Assembly (NCBI GenBank): GCA_964016885.1
Contig: OZ024752.1
Coordinates: 48,422,001 to 48,486,000 of the forward strand
From: Eledone cirrhosa
Taxonomy: Eukaryota
Reading direction: 5' to 3'
DNA length: 64,000 nucleotides
Part shown: piece after piece, positions 14,678 to 26,446 of the stretch
How positions within the stretch are numbered: position 1 is the first letter of the stretch
Layout: the number at the start of each line of letters is the position of its first letter
The notes under the pieces: model-generated
Database searches by the model: none
What the model was told of the DNA's origin: nothing
Seen by the model: only the letters and a program-made list of their open reading frames with translations
Program-made: the position numbers and the translations under genes

Positions 14678-15443
14678 CATGTATATACTCACACATACAT
14701 GCATTTATATACACACATACACATCTGTATATATGCACATACACATGCATGTATATACACACATACACACATTTATATACACATGTGTATACATGCATTT
14801 ATATACACGTGTATACATAAATTTATATACACACATACACATATGTATATATACACATACCCACATGTATATTCACAAATAATTGCATTTATATACACAC
14901 ATAAACACATGTATATACAGACATATATATACCTGCATTTAGATACACACATACACACACACACATACATACATTTATATACACACATACACACAAGTGT
15001 ATACATACATATATATGTGTACATGCATTTATATACACACGCACATATACATGCATTCATATATACACATGTACATACACACATATATATGCATTTATAT
15101 AGACACATACACACATATACATGCATTCATAGACACAGACATTGTTTTAATATTTGAATAGTTCCATCCATTTGTCTGTGGCCATGTTGGAGCACTACCT
15201 AGAGTAGATTTGTTTGACCTTGCTACATATTTATTATATCTGGTACATATTTTAGCAAGTTTTTTGTCAAGCCATTAAATTACACAAACAAACACACACA
15301 AACCTCCCACACACAAGAGGACCAAACATCCCTCCTCTCAATATTATGGCTTTGTTTGATTTTCAACCACTTTACCAAGTGAACAAGGAGCTTTTTATTG
15401 TGGGATTTCTCTAACTATCTAGCTATCCATCTATCTTTCTACC

Positions 15444-15487
15444 TTTGTCCCCTTCTTTTGTGCCCCTTGTGGCTAATAAAGAAACAT
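15444..15487 (+). mobile_element. 3'-terminal stub of the Tx1-like LINE; a second, shorter stub lies at 15517-15530
   Basis: TTTGTCCCCTTCTTTTGTGCCCCTTGTGGCTAATAAAGAAACAT, nearly identical to the 3' end of the copy at 26959. Confidence 0.8.
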
Positions 15488-15554
15488 ATCTATTTATCTA
15501 TCTATCTATCAATAAATAATAAAGAAACATATCTATCTATCTACCTACCTATAC

Positions 15555-15586
<32 letters not shown>

Positions 15587-15594
15587 TAAACATT

Positions 15595-15930
15595 GTGTAC
15601 AACAACAATCTAATAAAAACACAAGGGCCTAACTTCACCCAGGCAGGGGATTTCCCCCACCTCAAAATGATTAAGGCCCCACAGGACACCTATAAAACTT
15701 TAAAAAACAATTTTAAAGAGGACGTGGGTCCCCCCTGCGTCGGGCCCATTAACCGAGTCCTCCTAAAAAACTATCCCACCCCCTCCCCAAACACCCTCAC
15801 AACTCCAAGCTCCCCAACCACACAACACACTGATGCCCCCACACTTCCACAAACCACCACCCCACCCAACAACCCATCCCCCACCCTAATGGAAATTGTG
15901 CAGCCCGATACCCGGGACGCAGAGAGGTAA
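15595..15930 (+). pseudogene. C-terminal Pro/Thr-rich remnant of LINE ORF1
   Basis: Open from the element's 5' junction to TAA at 15928-15930, immediately upstream of ORF2; no ATG start; identity inferred from position. Confidence 0.5.
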
Positions 15931-15954
15931 GTGCCTTTTCTCTTCACCACCAAC

Positions 15955-18900
15955 ATGGCTATGCTAAGAGTAGGCTGTTTAAATGCGCGTGGCCTGGGCT
16001 CAACTTGGAAGCAAGCAATGCTTCTAAATGACCTCAGGTCACAACGTATAGATGTGATGGTTATTTGCGAGGCCCGGATCAGCAACGTGCGACAGCTGGC
16101 CCCCACCTTTGATGACTTTGAGATGCACGCATCTCTCTGTCAGCCTGGAGGTGGGGGTGGAGTTGTCGTTCTGCTGCAAAAACATCTGGGTCTCGCAACA
16201 CAGATGGTACATTTGGACCCGGAGGGTCGACTAGTGGTTCTGGACCTTGGCAGTGGTAAAGGCGGAGCGTTTAGGTTGGTAGCCGCCTACGGCCCTTTCG
16301 GGTCAATGCGGCCGGACTTCTTCCATCGTCTGGAGACTTTTCTAGGGACGTCCCGCTCCTTGCTATTAGTGGGGGACTGGAATGGTATCCTAGATGCACG
16401 CTGGGACTACGTAGGGGCCTGCCCCGATAGAGAGGGGTGTAATAGCCTCAAAGGGTTAATCGGTCGATTTGACCTGGCCGATAGATATCGACTAGATTTT
16501 CCGACTGCGCCAACCTGGACTTGGGCAAATCGTAGCGGATCATCTAGGTCGTACCTAGATAGGTTCTTAGTTAGAATTAAGGATAAGGACTTTTTAAGTT
16601 GTCCAAAAATGCGCATTGTTGGCTATTCAGACCACAAATTAGTGACCTGCATGGTCAACCTTGACAGAACTCATAGACAGGGCCCCGGTTACTGGAAGCT
16701 CAACTTGTCCTTGCCGGCAAGTAGAGCCTACAGGAATCGGATTAGTACGTTAGTTAAGGAACGGTTGACTGGAGCGATCGTCAACAGCAGGTGGTGGGTA
16801 TCTCTAAAGAGAGAGATTAGAGTAGTCTCGATAGAATTTAGTAAGGTTCTAGCTGCGGATAGGAATAGGAAGGAAAGGGAGCTAATAGATAGAGTAGAAG
16901 AGGCAATTAGAAGCGGCGACGTGGCCAGAGTGCTAGCGTCGAGAACGGCTTTGAGCCAGTTTTTCGACGCGAAGCACGAAGGCTGCGTTGTCCGAAGTAA
17001 AATACGTGCTCTAGGGAACGAGGGGACCAAAGCTGTTAGCTGGGCCCGCGTGACAGAGGCCAACAGTGGAACTAAATCCACCATCCGGTCTTTGCGAGAC
17101 CTGGATGGACGGGCGATTCTTGAGCCTAAGCAGATGTGTGAGGCCTTTCAAAGGCACTTTGCCCGACTGTTCGGGAGGGGCGGGGAGCCGGTTGGGAACG
17201 TGGACTTCGGTCCATACCTCGACGGCCTGCCGCGCCTCTCGGACAGGGAGGCGAAGTCCTGCGAGGAGCCGATTTCGGCCGCTGAGATAGAGGACGTGCT
17301 GAGCCAATGCGGCAAACGCAAATCCCCGGGTCTCGATGGTCTTCCTTACGAATTATATCTAGCTATGCCGGACTTGTTCCCCGATCTCCTCGAGGCGGTC
17401 TACTGCAACTGGCAACAGAACGGGAGAATTCCCTGTACTGTGACCAAGGGCGTAGTCACGCTAGTGAGGAAGGACGAGAACAAGGGGGACGAAATAAGTA
17501 ACTTCAGGCCCATAACACTGCTAAATACAGAGTTACAGATTTTGGCCAAGGTGCTAGCAAAGAGGTTGGCGCTTGTCGTGGGCAACCTGGTGGGAGATGC
17601 GCAGACATGCGCTATCCCGTCCAGGTCCATCCATGACAACCTCCACCTCATGCGATACATCATAGAGAGGGTTGGGAACGAACCCGGCTTTGGTGGGGCT
17701 CTGATCAACTTGGATCAATCTAAGGCGTTCGATAGGGTCGACCATGGTTACCTGGATGCGGTGCTAGCGGCGGCAGGCTTCGGACCCGTTTTCAGGGGCT
17801 GGATCACTGCTATGCACAGCAGCCGCATCTGCTCTAGGGTCAAGGTGAACGGCTACCTCTCGGAGCCGTTCAAAATCGCGCGGTCCATCCGACAAGGGTG
17901 CCCTCTCTCCTCCCTTCTGTATGTATTGACTCTCGAGCCACTACTGCGGAAGTTGGAGTTGTTGCAGGGCATCCCTTTGGAACCGGGATTGCGGAAAGCG
18001 GTGTCGGCCTACGCCGATGACGTGACAGTAATGGTGTCGACGGCCTCCGAAATCGAGGCGGTCGGCACCTTACTGGAGGAGTACGAAAAGTTCACAGGGG
18101 CTAAGCTGAACCGGGACAAGTCGATCGGTTTGCAACTCGGCACGTGGAGGGGCAGACCGATGCCCTCCGATAGCGTCGTCGGACGCTGGACGGAGGGCCC
18201 GGTGAAGTTGCTCGGGGTCTGGTTCGGACCGGACCTCCAGGTGGAGAAAAACTGGGCGGAGGTTACGAACAGAGTGTTTGCACTGACCCAGAAGTGGGCC
18301 AGTTGCAAACTATCCCTGAAAGGTCGGGCGGAGGTGGCGAACACCTACATAGCGTCCGTCATCTACTACCGCCTGACCGTAGTGCCCTGCCCAAGGGAAA
18401 CCCTCACCAAGATGGAGCGCGCGCTCTTCCAATTCCTTTGGAAGAGGCGGGCTCCTATGGTGAGGAGATCCATCTGCTGTCAACACCCTTCGAAAGGAGG
18501 GCTGGGGATGCCGTGGCTAATGATGCGTAAACACGCATTAAGGCTACGGCACCTCTACGTATTCCTCACCGGACAACCGGTGTGGGCCTCGTTTGTGAGA
18601 CGAACCTTTCCCAGACTCGTCTCACTCACCGAGCTGCAATCCTGGGTCAAGCAAAGACCGAGAAAACTGGGCGCCTGGCACACTGAGTGTGCCCAGGCGC
18701 TCACCGCCCTCTGGCAGGCGGATCCGGTTATCAGTGGAGACTCCACCGCAACATTCTATAGAGGGCTGGTACGCAGCAGGTGCGACGACGCCCTCGGAGA
18801 AGCCCTAGACATGGAGGAGGACGAACTGGCCAGCCTTTTCGGTAGGACATTCAGCCCGGGACCTATGGACAACTTCCAGAAGTCCCTGGCCTGGCAGTGC

Positions 18901-19392
18901 TACCGAGGGGCTTTACCCGTTCGAGAAAGGCTCTACAGACACGGGCGCCCGGGTAGGGACCCCGCCAAAAAGATCTGTCCCAGATGCGTGTGCGACGAGG
19001 AAACCGTTGCACACGCATTAGTACACTGCTCGGGCGTAGCCGATCTGTGGGGCTATGTCGAACAACTGCTGTCAAGGGTGGGACCGATCCGGTTGACCAC
19101 CGAGTCTATTGTAATGATCAAGCCGCCTCCCCCCTTCAAAGATGAAGCAGAGGCGGTGTTTCTGTGCGTAATAGCCATGGCGAAAGAGGTTGTATGGTGG
19201 ACGCGTCTGAAAGGACTGAGGTCGGGCACCTTTCTCTCTGGCCAACAACTGGTCCGTTTCTTCCGATATCATTTCGGAAGAAGGATCAGGATGGAGAGAG
19301 AGGTGCTGCACCCCAGCCGTTTCTATGAAAGATGGGTGAAAGTGGCGAGAATGGCCCGTGTGAATGGGCCTTCACTCTACATCAGACTATAG
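15955..19392 (+). CDS. LINE ORF2 polyprotein (APE endonuclease, reverse transcriptase, C-terminal CCHC zinc knuckle), ~1145 aa from first ATG
   Basis: APE motifs CLNARGL, AAYGP, VGDWN, YLDRFL, SDHKLV; RT motifs KSPGLDG, NFRPITLLN, LDQSKAFDRVDH, IRQGCPLS, YADD, LLGV; CPRC-x8-H-x4-C; no stops or frameshifts. Confidence 0.95.
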   Translation: MAMLRVGCLNARGLGSTWKQAMLLNDLRSQRIDVMVICEARISNVRQLAPTFDDFEMHASLCQPGGGGGVVVLLQKHLGLATQMVHLDPEGRLVVLDLGSGKGGAFRLVAAYGPFGSMRPDFFHRLETFLGTSRSLLLVGDWNGILDARWDYVGACPDREGCNSLKGLIGRFDLADRYRLDFPTAPTWTWANRSGSSRSYLDRFLVRIKDKDFLSCPKMRIVGYSDHKLVTCMVNLDRTHRQGPGYWKLNLSLPASRAYRNRISTLVKERLTGAIVNSRWWVSLKREIRVVSIEFSKVLAADRNRKERELIDRVEEAIRSGDVARVLASRTALSQFFDAKHEGCVVRSKIRALGNEGTKAVSWARVTEANSGTKSTIRSLRDLDGRAILEPKQMCEAFQRHFARLFGRGGEPVGNVDFGPYLDGLPRLSDREAKSCEEPISAAEIEDVLSQCGKRKSPGLDGLPYELYLAMPDLFPDLLEAVYCNWQQNGRIPCTVTKGVVTLVRKDENKGDEISNFRPITLLNTELQILAKVLAKRLALVVGNLVGDAQTCAIPSRSIHDNLHLMRYIIERVGNEPGFGGALINLDQSKAFDRVDHGYLDAVLAAAGFGPVFRGWITAMHSSRICSRVKVNGYLSEPFKIARSIRQGCPLSSLLYVLTLEPLLRKLELLQGIPLEPGLRKAVSAYADDVTVMVSTASEIEAVGTLLEEYEKFTGAKLNRDKSIGLQLGTWRGRPMPSDSVVGRWTEGPVKLLGVWFGPDLQVEKNWAEVTNRVFALTQKWASCKLSLKGRAEVANTYIASVIYYRLTVVPCPRETLTKMERALFQFLWKRRAPMVRRSICCQHPSKGGLGMPWLMMRKHALRLRHLYVFLTGQPVWASFVRRTFPRLVSLTELQSWVKQRPRKLGAWHTECAQALTALWQADPVISGDSTATFYRGLVRSRCDDALGEALDMEEDELASLFGRTFSPGPMDNFQKSLAWQCYRGALPVRERLYRHGRPGRDPAKKICPRCVCDEETVAHALVHCSGVADLWGYVEQLLSRVGPIRLTTESIVMIKPPPPFKDEAEAVFLCVIAMAKEVVWWTRLKGLRSGTFLSGQQLVRFFRYHFGRRIRMEREVLHPSRFYERWVKVARMARVNGPSLYIRL

Positions 19393-19656
19393 GTGAGGAA
19401 GATGAAAGACCAAGGGAGCACCCCTTCTCTGTGCTCCTGAGGAGAAGGGTTGCACACTTTTTTCGGGGGTGTGTGCGACCCCCCAAGGCGCCTCCTCTCT
19501 ATTGAGGATTTTGTTAAAAATTTTATTTTTTGTTATATCTTATTTTATTTTTATATTTTGTTATTGCCTCCTCCTTATTGAGGACGCCTTTTTGTGTAAA
19601 CTCCCCCCTTTGTACTTGTCCCACTTTTGATGCCCTAGTGGCAAATAAAAGAAACA

Positions 19657-19705
19657 TATCTATCTATTTATCTATATATATATATTTACTATTCTATCTA
19701 TCTAC

Positions 19706-19748
<43 letters not shown>

Positions 19749-19892
19749 CCTATTTATCTATCTATCTATCTACCTACCTATACTTATCTATCTATCTATT
19801 TATTTATCTATCTATCTATATATATATCTATCTATCTCTCTCTCTCTCTATATATATATATATTTACTTGTCTATCTATCTATTTATCTTTC
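19657..19892. repeat. (TATC)n microsatellite flanking the LINE 3' end (also 15488-15587 at the 5' end)
   Basis: Direct inspection. Confidence 0.9.
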
Positions 19893-19896
19893 TAAC

Positions 19897-20088
19897 TGGT
19901 GGATTGGCAGTATCAGTAGAGCGTCAGATACCATGCTTTGTTGCAGCATAGAGATATGGCCCTTTGTGTTCTGAGTTCAAATCCCACTGAGGTTAACTTT
20001 GCCTTTCATCCTTACAGGGTCGATAAAATAAAGTACCAGTAATGCACTGGATAATTATTGCTGGCCTTGTGCCAAAAGTAGAAACAAT
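19897..20088 (+). mobile_element. SINE family A, full length
   Basis: GGTGGATTGGCAGTATCAGTAGAG...GAGTTCAAATCCC...GCCTTTCATCCTTACAGGGTCGATAAAATAAAGTACCAGT...GTAGAAACAAT. Confidence 0.88.
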
Positions 20089-20100
20089 CATTTAATATAT

Positions 20101-20200
20101 AAATGGGCTTCTACAGGACTAGAACTGTTTCTGTCATTGATGAACCAGAGGATATAGTAGAAGACTTGCCCAAAATGTCATACAATGGAACCAAAGCCAA
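20101..20200 (-). mobile_element. CORE-type SINE fragment whose 3' end matches the 3' half of the hammerhead at 23542
   Basis: rc GACATTTTGGGCAAGTCTTCTACTATA (CORE-like), then GAAACAGTTCTAGTCCTGTAGAAGCCC. Confidence 0.6.
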
Positions 20201-20209
20201 CTTCCTCAG

Positions 20210-20440
20210 TCATACAACAGGCTTTGGCCCCACTCGGCCACGAATGACCAGGGTTTTGCACCTAGAAAGTTTCTCTCCAAGGTACAAACCTGGGCAAGCC
20301 TTTTTTTGGTGGAAGAGCAGTAGTGGCCCATGCATACCAGCCCTCCCCTCTCTACGCCACCGATGTTGTCCAAGGGAAGGGCAATGACCGATAGAGCTTG
20401 GCACCAGTGACATTGCAACTCATTGGGTTAATTGCTGGTC

Positions 20441-20471
<31 letters not shown>

Positions 20472-20720
20472 GAGAGCTCACACCTATGCAGGTTTAGCTG
20501 GCCTCCTCCAAGGTATATCTCGTTGGAGGTGTCTTGGGTGATTTTTAATGATAGGGACCCCGGTCCCTATCATCTCATTTCTACAGCTGAGTAAACTGGA
20601 GCAACGTGAAATAAAGTGCCTTGCTCAAGGACACAACACATCACCCGGTCCGAGAATTGAACTCACAACCTCTCAATTGCAAGCCCAATGCTCTAACCAC
20701 TAAGCCATGTACCTTCATGG
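20210..20720 (-). mobile_element. CORE-SINE family B head (20549-20720) plus a variant 3' body (20210-20425)
   Basis: rc TGGCTTAGTGG A box, GAGTTCAATTC B box, GTCCTTGAGCAAGGCACTTTATTTCAC CORE-like segment. Confidence 0.7.
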
Positions 20721-21009
20721 CACTAAGCCATGCGCCTGTCATACAACATAAGTCTCATATAACAACATTTTCATTCCTCCATTTCTAGTCACTATCTCTT
20801 CTGCCTATACAAACATTCATATAGACACACACACTACATTTTAGGGGTCACTCTGTTTCCCTGTTAACAAGGGACGGACACTGTTTTCTTTTCTTTTCTC
20901 AATATTTGTCTTAAATCAAGGTTTAATTTCCACAGACACACACACACACACACACACAGATATACACAGACACAAACATGCACAGACACACACTCACACA
21001 CATATATAT

Positions 21010-21088
<79 letters not shown>

Positions 21089-21389
21089 TATATATATATA
21101 TTTTTATATATAAATATATATAAATATATATATATATATTTATATATATATATATGAATATATATATAAATATATAAATATATATATAAATATCATCATG
21201 ATGATCATCATGATCATCATCATCGTTTAACGTCCATCTTCCATGCTTGCATGGGTATATATATGAATATATATAAATATATAAATATATATATAAATAT
21301 ATATAAATATAAATATATATAAATATAAATATATATATTTATATATATATATATATATAAATATATATGAATATAAATATATATATATA

Positions 21390-21696
21390 GGCTTATGGCT
21401 TAGTGGTTAGAGCATTGGCCTTGTGATGTGTTGTGATGTGTTGTTTTCTTGAGCAAGACTCTTTATTTCACATTGCTCCAGTTTACTCAGCTGTAGAAAT
21501 GAGATGCAAAGGTGGTCATGGAGGTGCCACGGCAAAAAAGTACCCAGCCCACACTGCAAAGTGGACGTGTAAGCGCCATGGAAAAAAGCACCCAGCACTC
21601 ACTGTAAATGAGGTTGGTGTTAGGAAGGGCATCCAGCTGTAGAAATCAAGCTAGAATCAGTTCCCGTCCTTGCAAGCAGGGAAAAGCGGATGTAAA

Positions 21697-21730
<34 letters not shown>
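21390..21730 (+). mobile_element. CORE-SINE family B with internal deletion and (ATG)n tail
   Basis: TGGCTTAGTGGTTAGAGC...CTTGAGCAAGAC...AGGAAGGGCATCCAGCTGTAGAAA...GTAAAATGATGATG. Confidence 0.85.
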
Positions 21731-21731
<1 letters not shown>

Positions 21732-22077
21732 AATATATAAACAAATCGTATATGAGAAACCAATAATTATGCCAGAACACTGTTGGTGTTCCAGTCTTCC
21801 AGAAGAGTTCCTTCATCAAAAATTATATTTTAAACACAAATTCCACTTCAGTAATAATGGAATATATTGATAGATATTTCAGTATCTACAATATATATAT
21901 ACACGCACGCATATACACAGACATATATATAAATATATATGTATAAATATTTATATATATATATATATAAATATATACCAAAATATTTATATATATATAA
22001 ATACATATAAAAATATTTATATATATATATATAAATATATATAAATATTTTTATATATATATATAAATATATATAAA

Positions 22078-22160
<83 letters not shown>

Positions 22161-22226
22161 TATAAAACAGACACTGAATATATATATATATTTTCTTTTT
22201 TTTTCAATATCTGTCATGTATATATG

Positions 22227-22299
<73 letters not shown>

Positions 22300-22315
22300 T
22301 AATATATAATATATT

Positions 22316-22460
22316 GGTGGATTGGCAGTATCGGTAGAGGGTCGGACGAGTTCAAATCCCGCTGAGGTTAACTTTGCCTTTCATCCTTACGGGGTCGATA
22401 AAATAAAGTACCAGTAATACACTGGGATAATTGCTGGCCTTGTGCCAAAAGTAGAAACAA
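22316..22460 (+). mobile_element. SINE family A, internally deleted, TSD TTAATATATAATATAT
   Basis: Family motifs; direct repeat at ~22299 and ~22461. Confidence 0.85.
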
Positions 22461-23193
22461 TTAATATATAATATATAAATATTTGTAATTACACACAATT
22501 TAAGTATGAAAATAAATAATTATCAATGGAGTGAATTAGATACCATTGCTAATTACTTTAAAATTGATATAATAAATCTTAGTTGAAACCAAGACTACAA
22601 GGTTCTTGAAAATTACACATAAATATTAATATCTCTGTCTTAAAAGATCAGTTTTAATTGCAGAATATCATGTTTAGATTTTTTTTTTTTTGAAAAAGGG
22701 GGGAAAATATTCAAAAGTGAAATGTGGAATTGGGTTAAAAATACATAAAAGAAAATTCCAGTAAAAGATATGTCTAGTAAACAAATATAAAAGAAGAAAT
22801 GGTAAAAAAAAAGTAGGGTGTGAATGTGTATAAGTAAAGAGTGTTTATATGTTTTCAAGACATAATTCATAGATAGACAGGAAAATTGTTAGGTTAGGTG
22901 GTAGGTTGGTATGTAGGTAGGTATATATGTGTAGGGAGGTAGGTGTGTAGTTAAGACTGTGGGCAGGTATGTGTGTAGGTATGTGTGCAGGTAAGTAGGT
23001 TGATTAATGTCTAGTTTAGTCAGATGGGCAGACATATAAACAGATCGATAGAGAGACCGAGAAAATGGTAGGTAGATAGATAAGCCTAGTGGTAAGAAAC
23101 TCTAAGGAGAGCTGGACAGCAGGTCTTCAGAGAAGAAACCCCACTCAAGGAAGTGTTTCAGCCCTTTATTTATATAAACCACAACAAATGCTT

Positions 23194-23300
23194 TAACCCT
23201 TTAGCATTGAAACCGGTCATATCTGGCCAGAATTATCTCACCTCTTCCTGTTCAAACTGGCCATAACTGGCCGCTCATACTAACGTTAAGGAATTGTTAT
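23194..23300 (+). mobile_element. piggyBac-like MITE 5' fragment
   Basis: TTAA-CCCTTTAGCATTGAAACCGG start shared with copies at 36265, 36643 and 61480. Confidence 0.65.
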
Positions 23301-23419
23301 TGGTGGTGATGAGGGCAGAGTGGTGTGGCAGAAGTAGATGTAGGTTTTATTTTGATTTAAAATAACAAAACACTTTTATGTTCTTTGAATTAGTTGGGGA
23401 CCTTATAATGCACATCATT

Positions 23420-23453
<34 letters not shown>

Positions 23454-23541
23454 ATTGACATCCATTTTACCTGTTAGCAAGGAAACGAAATCATCACAAA
23501 ATGGTTATATATATATGTATATATATATTTATTATAGAAAA

Positions 23542-23592
23542 GGCTTCTACAGGACGAGAACTGTTTCATTTGGGAGAAATCATCAGGAAGCC
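23542..23592 (-). ncRNA. Type I hammerhead ribozyme with a true 4-bp stem III, in an ~80-bp TA-embedded island
   Basis: rc GGCTTC-CTGATGA-TTTCTCCCAAAT-GAAA-CAG-TTCTCGTC-CTG-TA^-GAAGCC; perfect 6-bp stem I, GUA site, weak stem II. Confidence 0.8.
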
Positions 23593-23607
23593 GACTGTCC
23601 AAGTAAA

Positions 23608-23652
<45 letters not shown>

Positions 23653-23931
23653 CATTTGCTTGTTATTTCTGTTTACTTTAATATATATATATTTGTATAT
23701 ATGTATATATATATATTTGTATATATGTATATATATATATTTGTATATATGTATATATATATATTTGTATGTATGTATATATATATATATATTTGTATGT
23801 ATATATATATATATATGTGTGTGTGTCAAAATTACACAAACATCTTTTTTCAGTGACCCAATAAATAATGCAGATTTAAGTCACACATACCCACTCAATA
23901 TACATACATAAATATATATACACATATATAT

Positions 23932-24322
23932 ACGTTTGTATATGTATAATAAAGCCAAAACAATGCAGGTATGGACATAGAATAAAGAATGCAAATGCAA
24001 AAGATATTGTTGACAATTAGTCTTTTACCTTAGATTTATTTAAATGTCCTTAATTTTCGAGATAATATCTCTTCTTCGGAGGGAAGTAAAGCGGTTAAAC
24101 CAGTGTTCTAAATAGCTTGCCAAGTCATGCCGAAGAAGAGATATTATCTCGAAAATTAAGGACATTTAAATAAATCTAAGGTAAAAGACTAATTGTCAAC
24201 AATATCTTTTGCATTTGCATTCTTTATTCTATGTCCATACCTGCATTGTTTTGGCTTTATTATACATATACAAACGTTTATACCTCATTACACAATGCTT
24301 CAAGTGAACTATAACCTCCTCC
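23932..24322 (+). mobile_element. PLE-type inverted pseudo-LTR element with hammerhead-like core
   Basis: 148-bp inverted arms 23932-24079 and 24130-24277, 50-bp spacer, 45-bp 3' extension; CCGAAGA-A-GAGAT-ATT-ATCTC-GAAA-ATTA-AGG; TA tracts on both sides. Confidence 0.7.
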
Positions 24323-24349
24323 ACATATATATACATATATATATATATA

Positions 24350-24418
<69 letters not shown>

Positions 24419-24445
24419 ATGTGTGCATATATATATATATATATA

Positions 24446-24504
<59 letters not shown>

Positions 24505-24505
24505 A

Positions 24506-24543
<38 letters not shown>

Positions 24544-24930
24544 TACATATAAATATAAATTGTATGTGTGGGCATGGGTGAATATAAAAAACAAAAGACA
24601 CAACATGAGGGTAGAGAAGACAGTTCAATGTTGGTGAGAACAAGACTTCTCTTGTACTGGAGTCATGCATCTAAAGAACCATAAAATGGTTAATGGCAGG
24701 AAGGGTCTTTAATCAGAGGAAACATTGTTCTTTCATTTCCAGTGAATAAGAACTTACTTGCTCCGTGATGACCCACACAACCGATATTAGCATGGAAAAA
24801 TCAGACATAAAAAATAATGATAATGTTTGGTGGTGACGATGTCTTTGGCCTACATCATCAGACACATGTCCCACCCTTGCCAGCAGGGAAAAAGCGGACG
24901 TAAAATGAAATGATGATGATGATGATGATG

Positions 24931-24971
<41 letters not shown>

Positions 24972-25027
24972 TAAGTATATATATATATGCATATATATAT
25001 ATATATATATACACATATATAAGTATA

Positions 25028-25067
<40 letters not shown>

Positions 25068-25248
25068 TATATATATACACATATATATATATATATACAT
25101 ATGTATATATATGTATATATATATATATATATTTAATTTTACGAAACGATCATCAGCAATTAAATGTATTAAGCAAAAATTTGATTGTTTTATATTTTAT
25201 ATACGTATATATATATATATATACATACATATACGTATATATATATAC

Positions 25249-25299
<51 letters not shown>

Positions 25300-25343
25300 T
25301 ATATATATATATATATTTGCAAGCAGGGAAAAGTGGACGTAAA

Positions 25344-25384
<41 letters not shown>

Positions 25385-25742
25385 ATATATATATATATAT
25401 ATATATGGAGTAGCCAGCTAAAATAATTTTCACTAAAATCGTCTGGAAAGTCTCCAAGAGAAAATTGATAGCTTCAGTCAGTGTATTTAGACTTAAATTT
25501 TAAGTGACTATAATCACTTTAATAAACTTTAGTTTGGTAAATATGGGAGGAGGAACAAGTATATAAATGAGATTAAAAGTTATAAAATATATATTTATAT
25601 ATGTATGTAGATAACTTCTTTTTATATTTTATATCTCTATCACTATCCCCATCTATCTATAAGCATATATAAATATATACATATATATACATATATATAT
25701 ATATATAATATAATACATATAATATATATACATTCAATATAA

Positions 25743-25802
<60 letters not shown>

Positions 25803-26271
25803 ACAGGGAGAAAAAGATGATTATTAGGAAGAAAAATATTTAAATATATATATATATATATATATATAAATATAATATCCATATATATATATATATATAT
25901 ATATATAAACACAAACATATATAAGTATATATGTGCTTATATAAAACTTCTAACTGACTATATGTATTTGCTTTCGTGTGTAGATATAAAACAATCTGAC
26001 AAAAATACAAATTATAGTCGTACATCATTTTCTGATGTCATAAATTAAAACTGAATTTTCATAGTTTTTTGTTTAAAAATTTGTTTAGTCTTCTAATCTC
26101 CAGATAACATCTCTTCGACCTATCTACATGTGTGGTTATTCAGCTGACTGTTTCATTGGCCCAACTTATTTATCTACAGCCACCTATCTATCAATTTGTT
26201 AATTTAAATATATGTACATGCATGTGCGTGTGAATCTATCTATCTGTCTATCTACCAATCTATCTTGGTAA

Positions 26272-26323
<52 letters not shown>

Positions 26324-26330
<7 letters not shown>

Positions 26331-26413
26331 GTTATTATAAAGATAGATAGATAGAAATATATATATATATATACATATATATATACACACAGTTATTATA
26401 AAGATAGATAGAA

Positions 26414-26446
<33 letters not shown>

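Larger units (their letters stand above)
15588..19656 (+). mobile_element. Tx1/L1-group non-LTR retrotransposon, 5'-truncated within ORF1, intact ORF2 and 3' UTR, inserted in (TATC)n
   Basis: ORF2 domain order; GC-rich island in AT-rich host; 3' end AATAAAAGAAACA; candidate TSD TATCTATCTATT at 15576-15587 and 19657-19668. Confidence 0.93.

Noticed and set aside
16407-19311. Antisense and alternate-frame ORFs within the LINE
   Set aside because: Expected shadow ORFs of a GC-rich coding region
19897-19990. tRNA-like heads of SINE A and B as tRNA genes
   Set aside because: A and B boxes are present but there is no complete cloverleaf; they are fused to SINE bodies and flanked by TSDs
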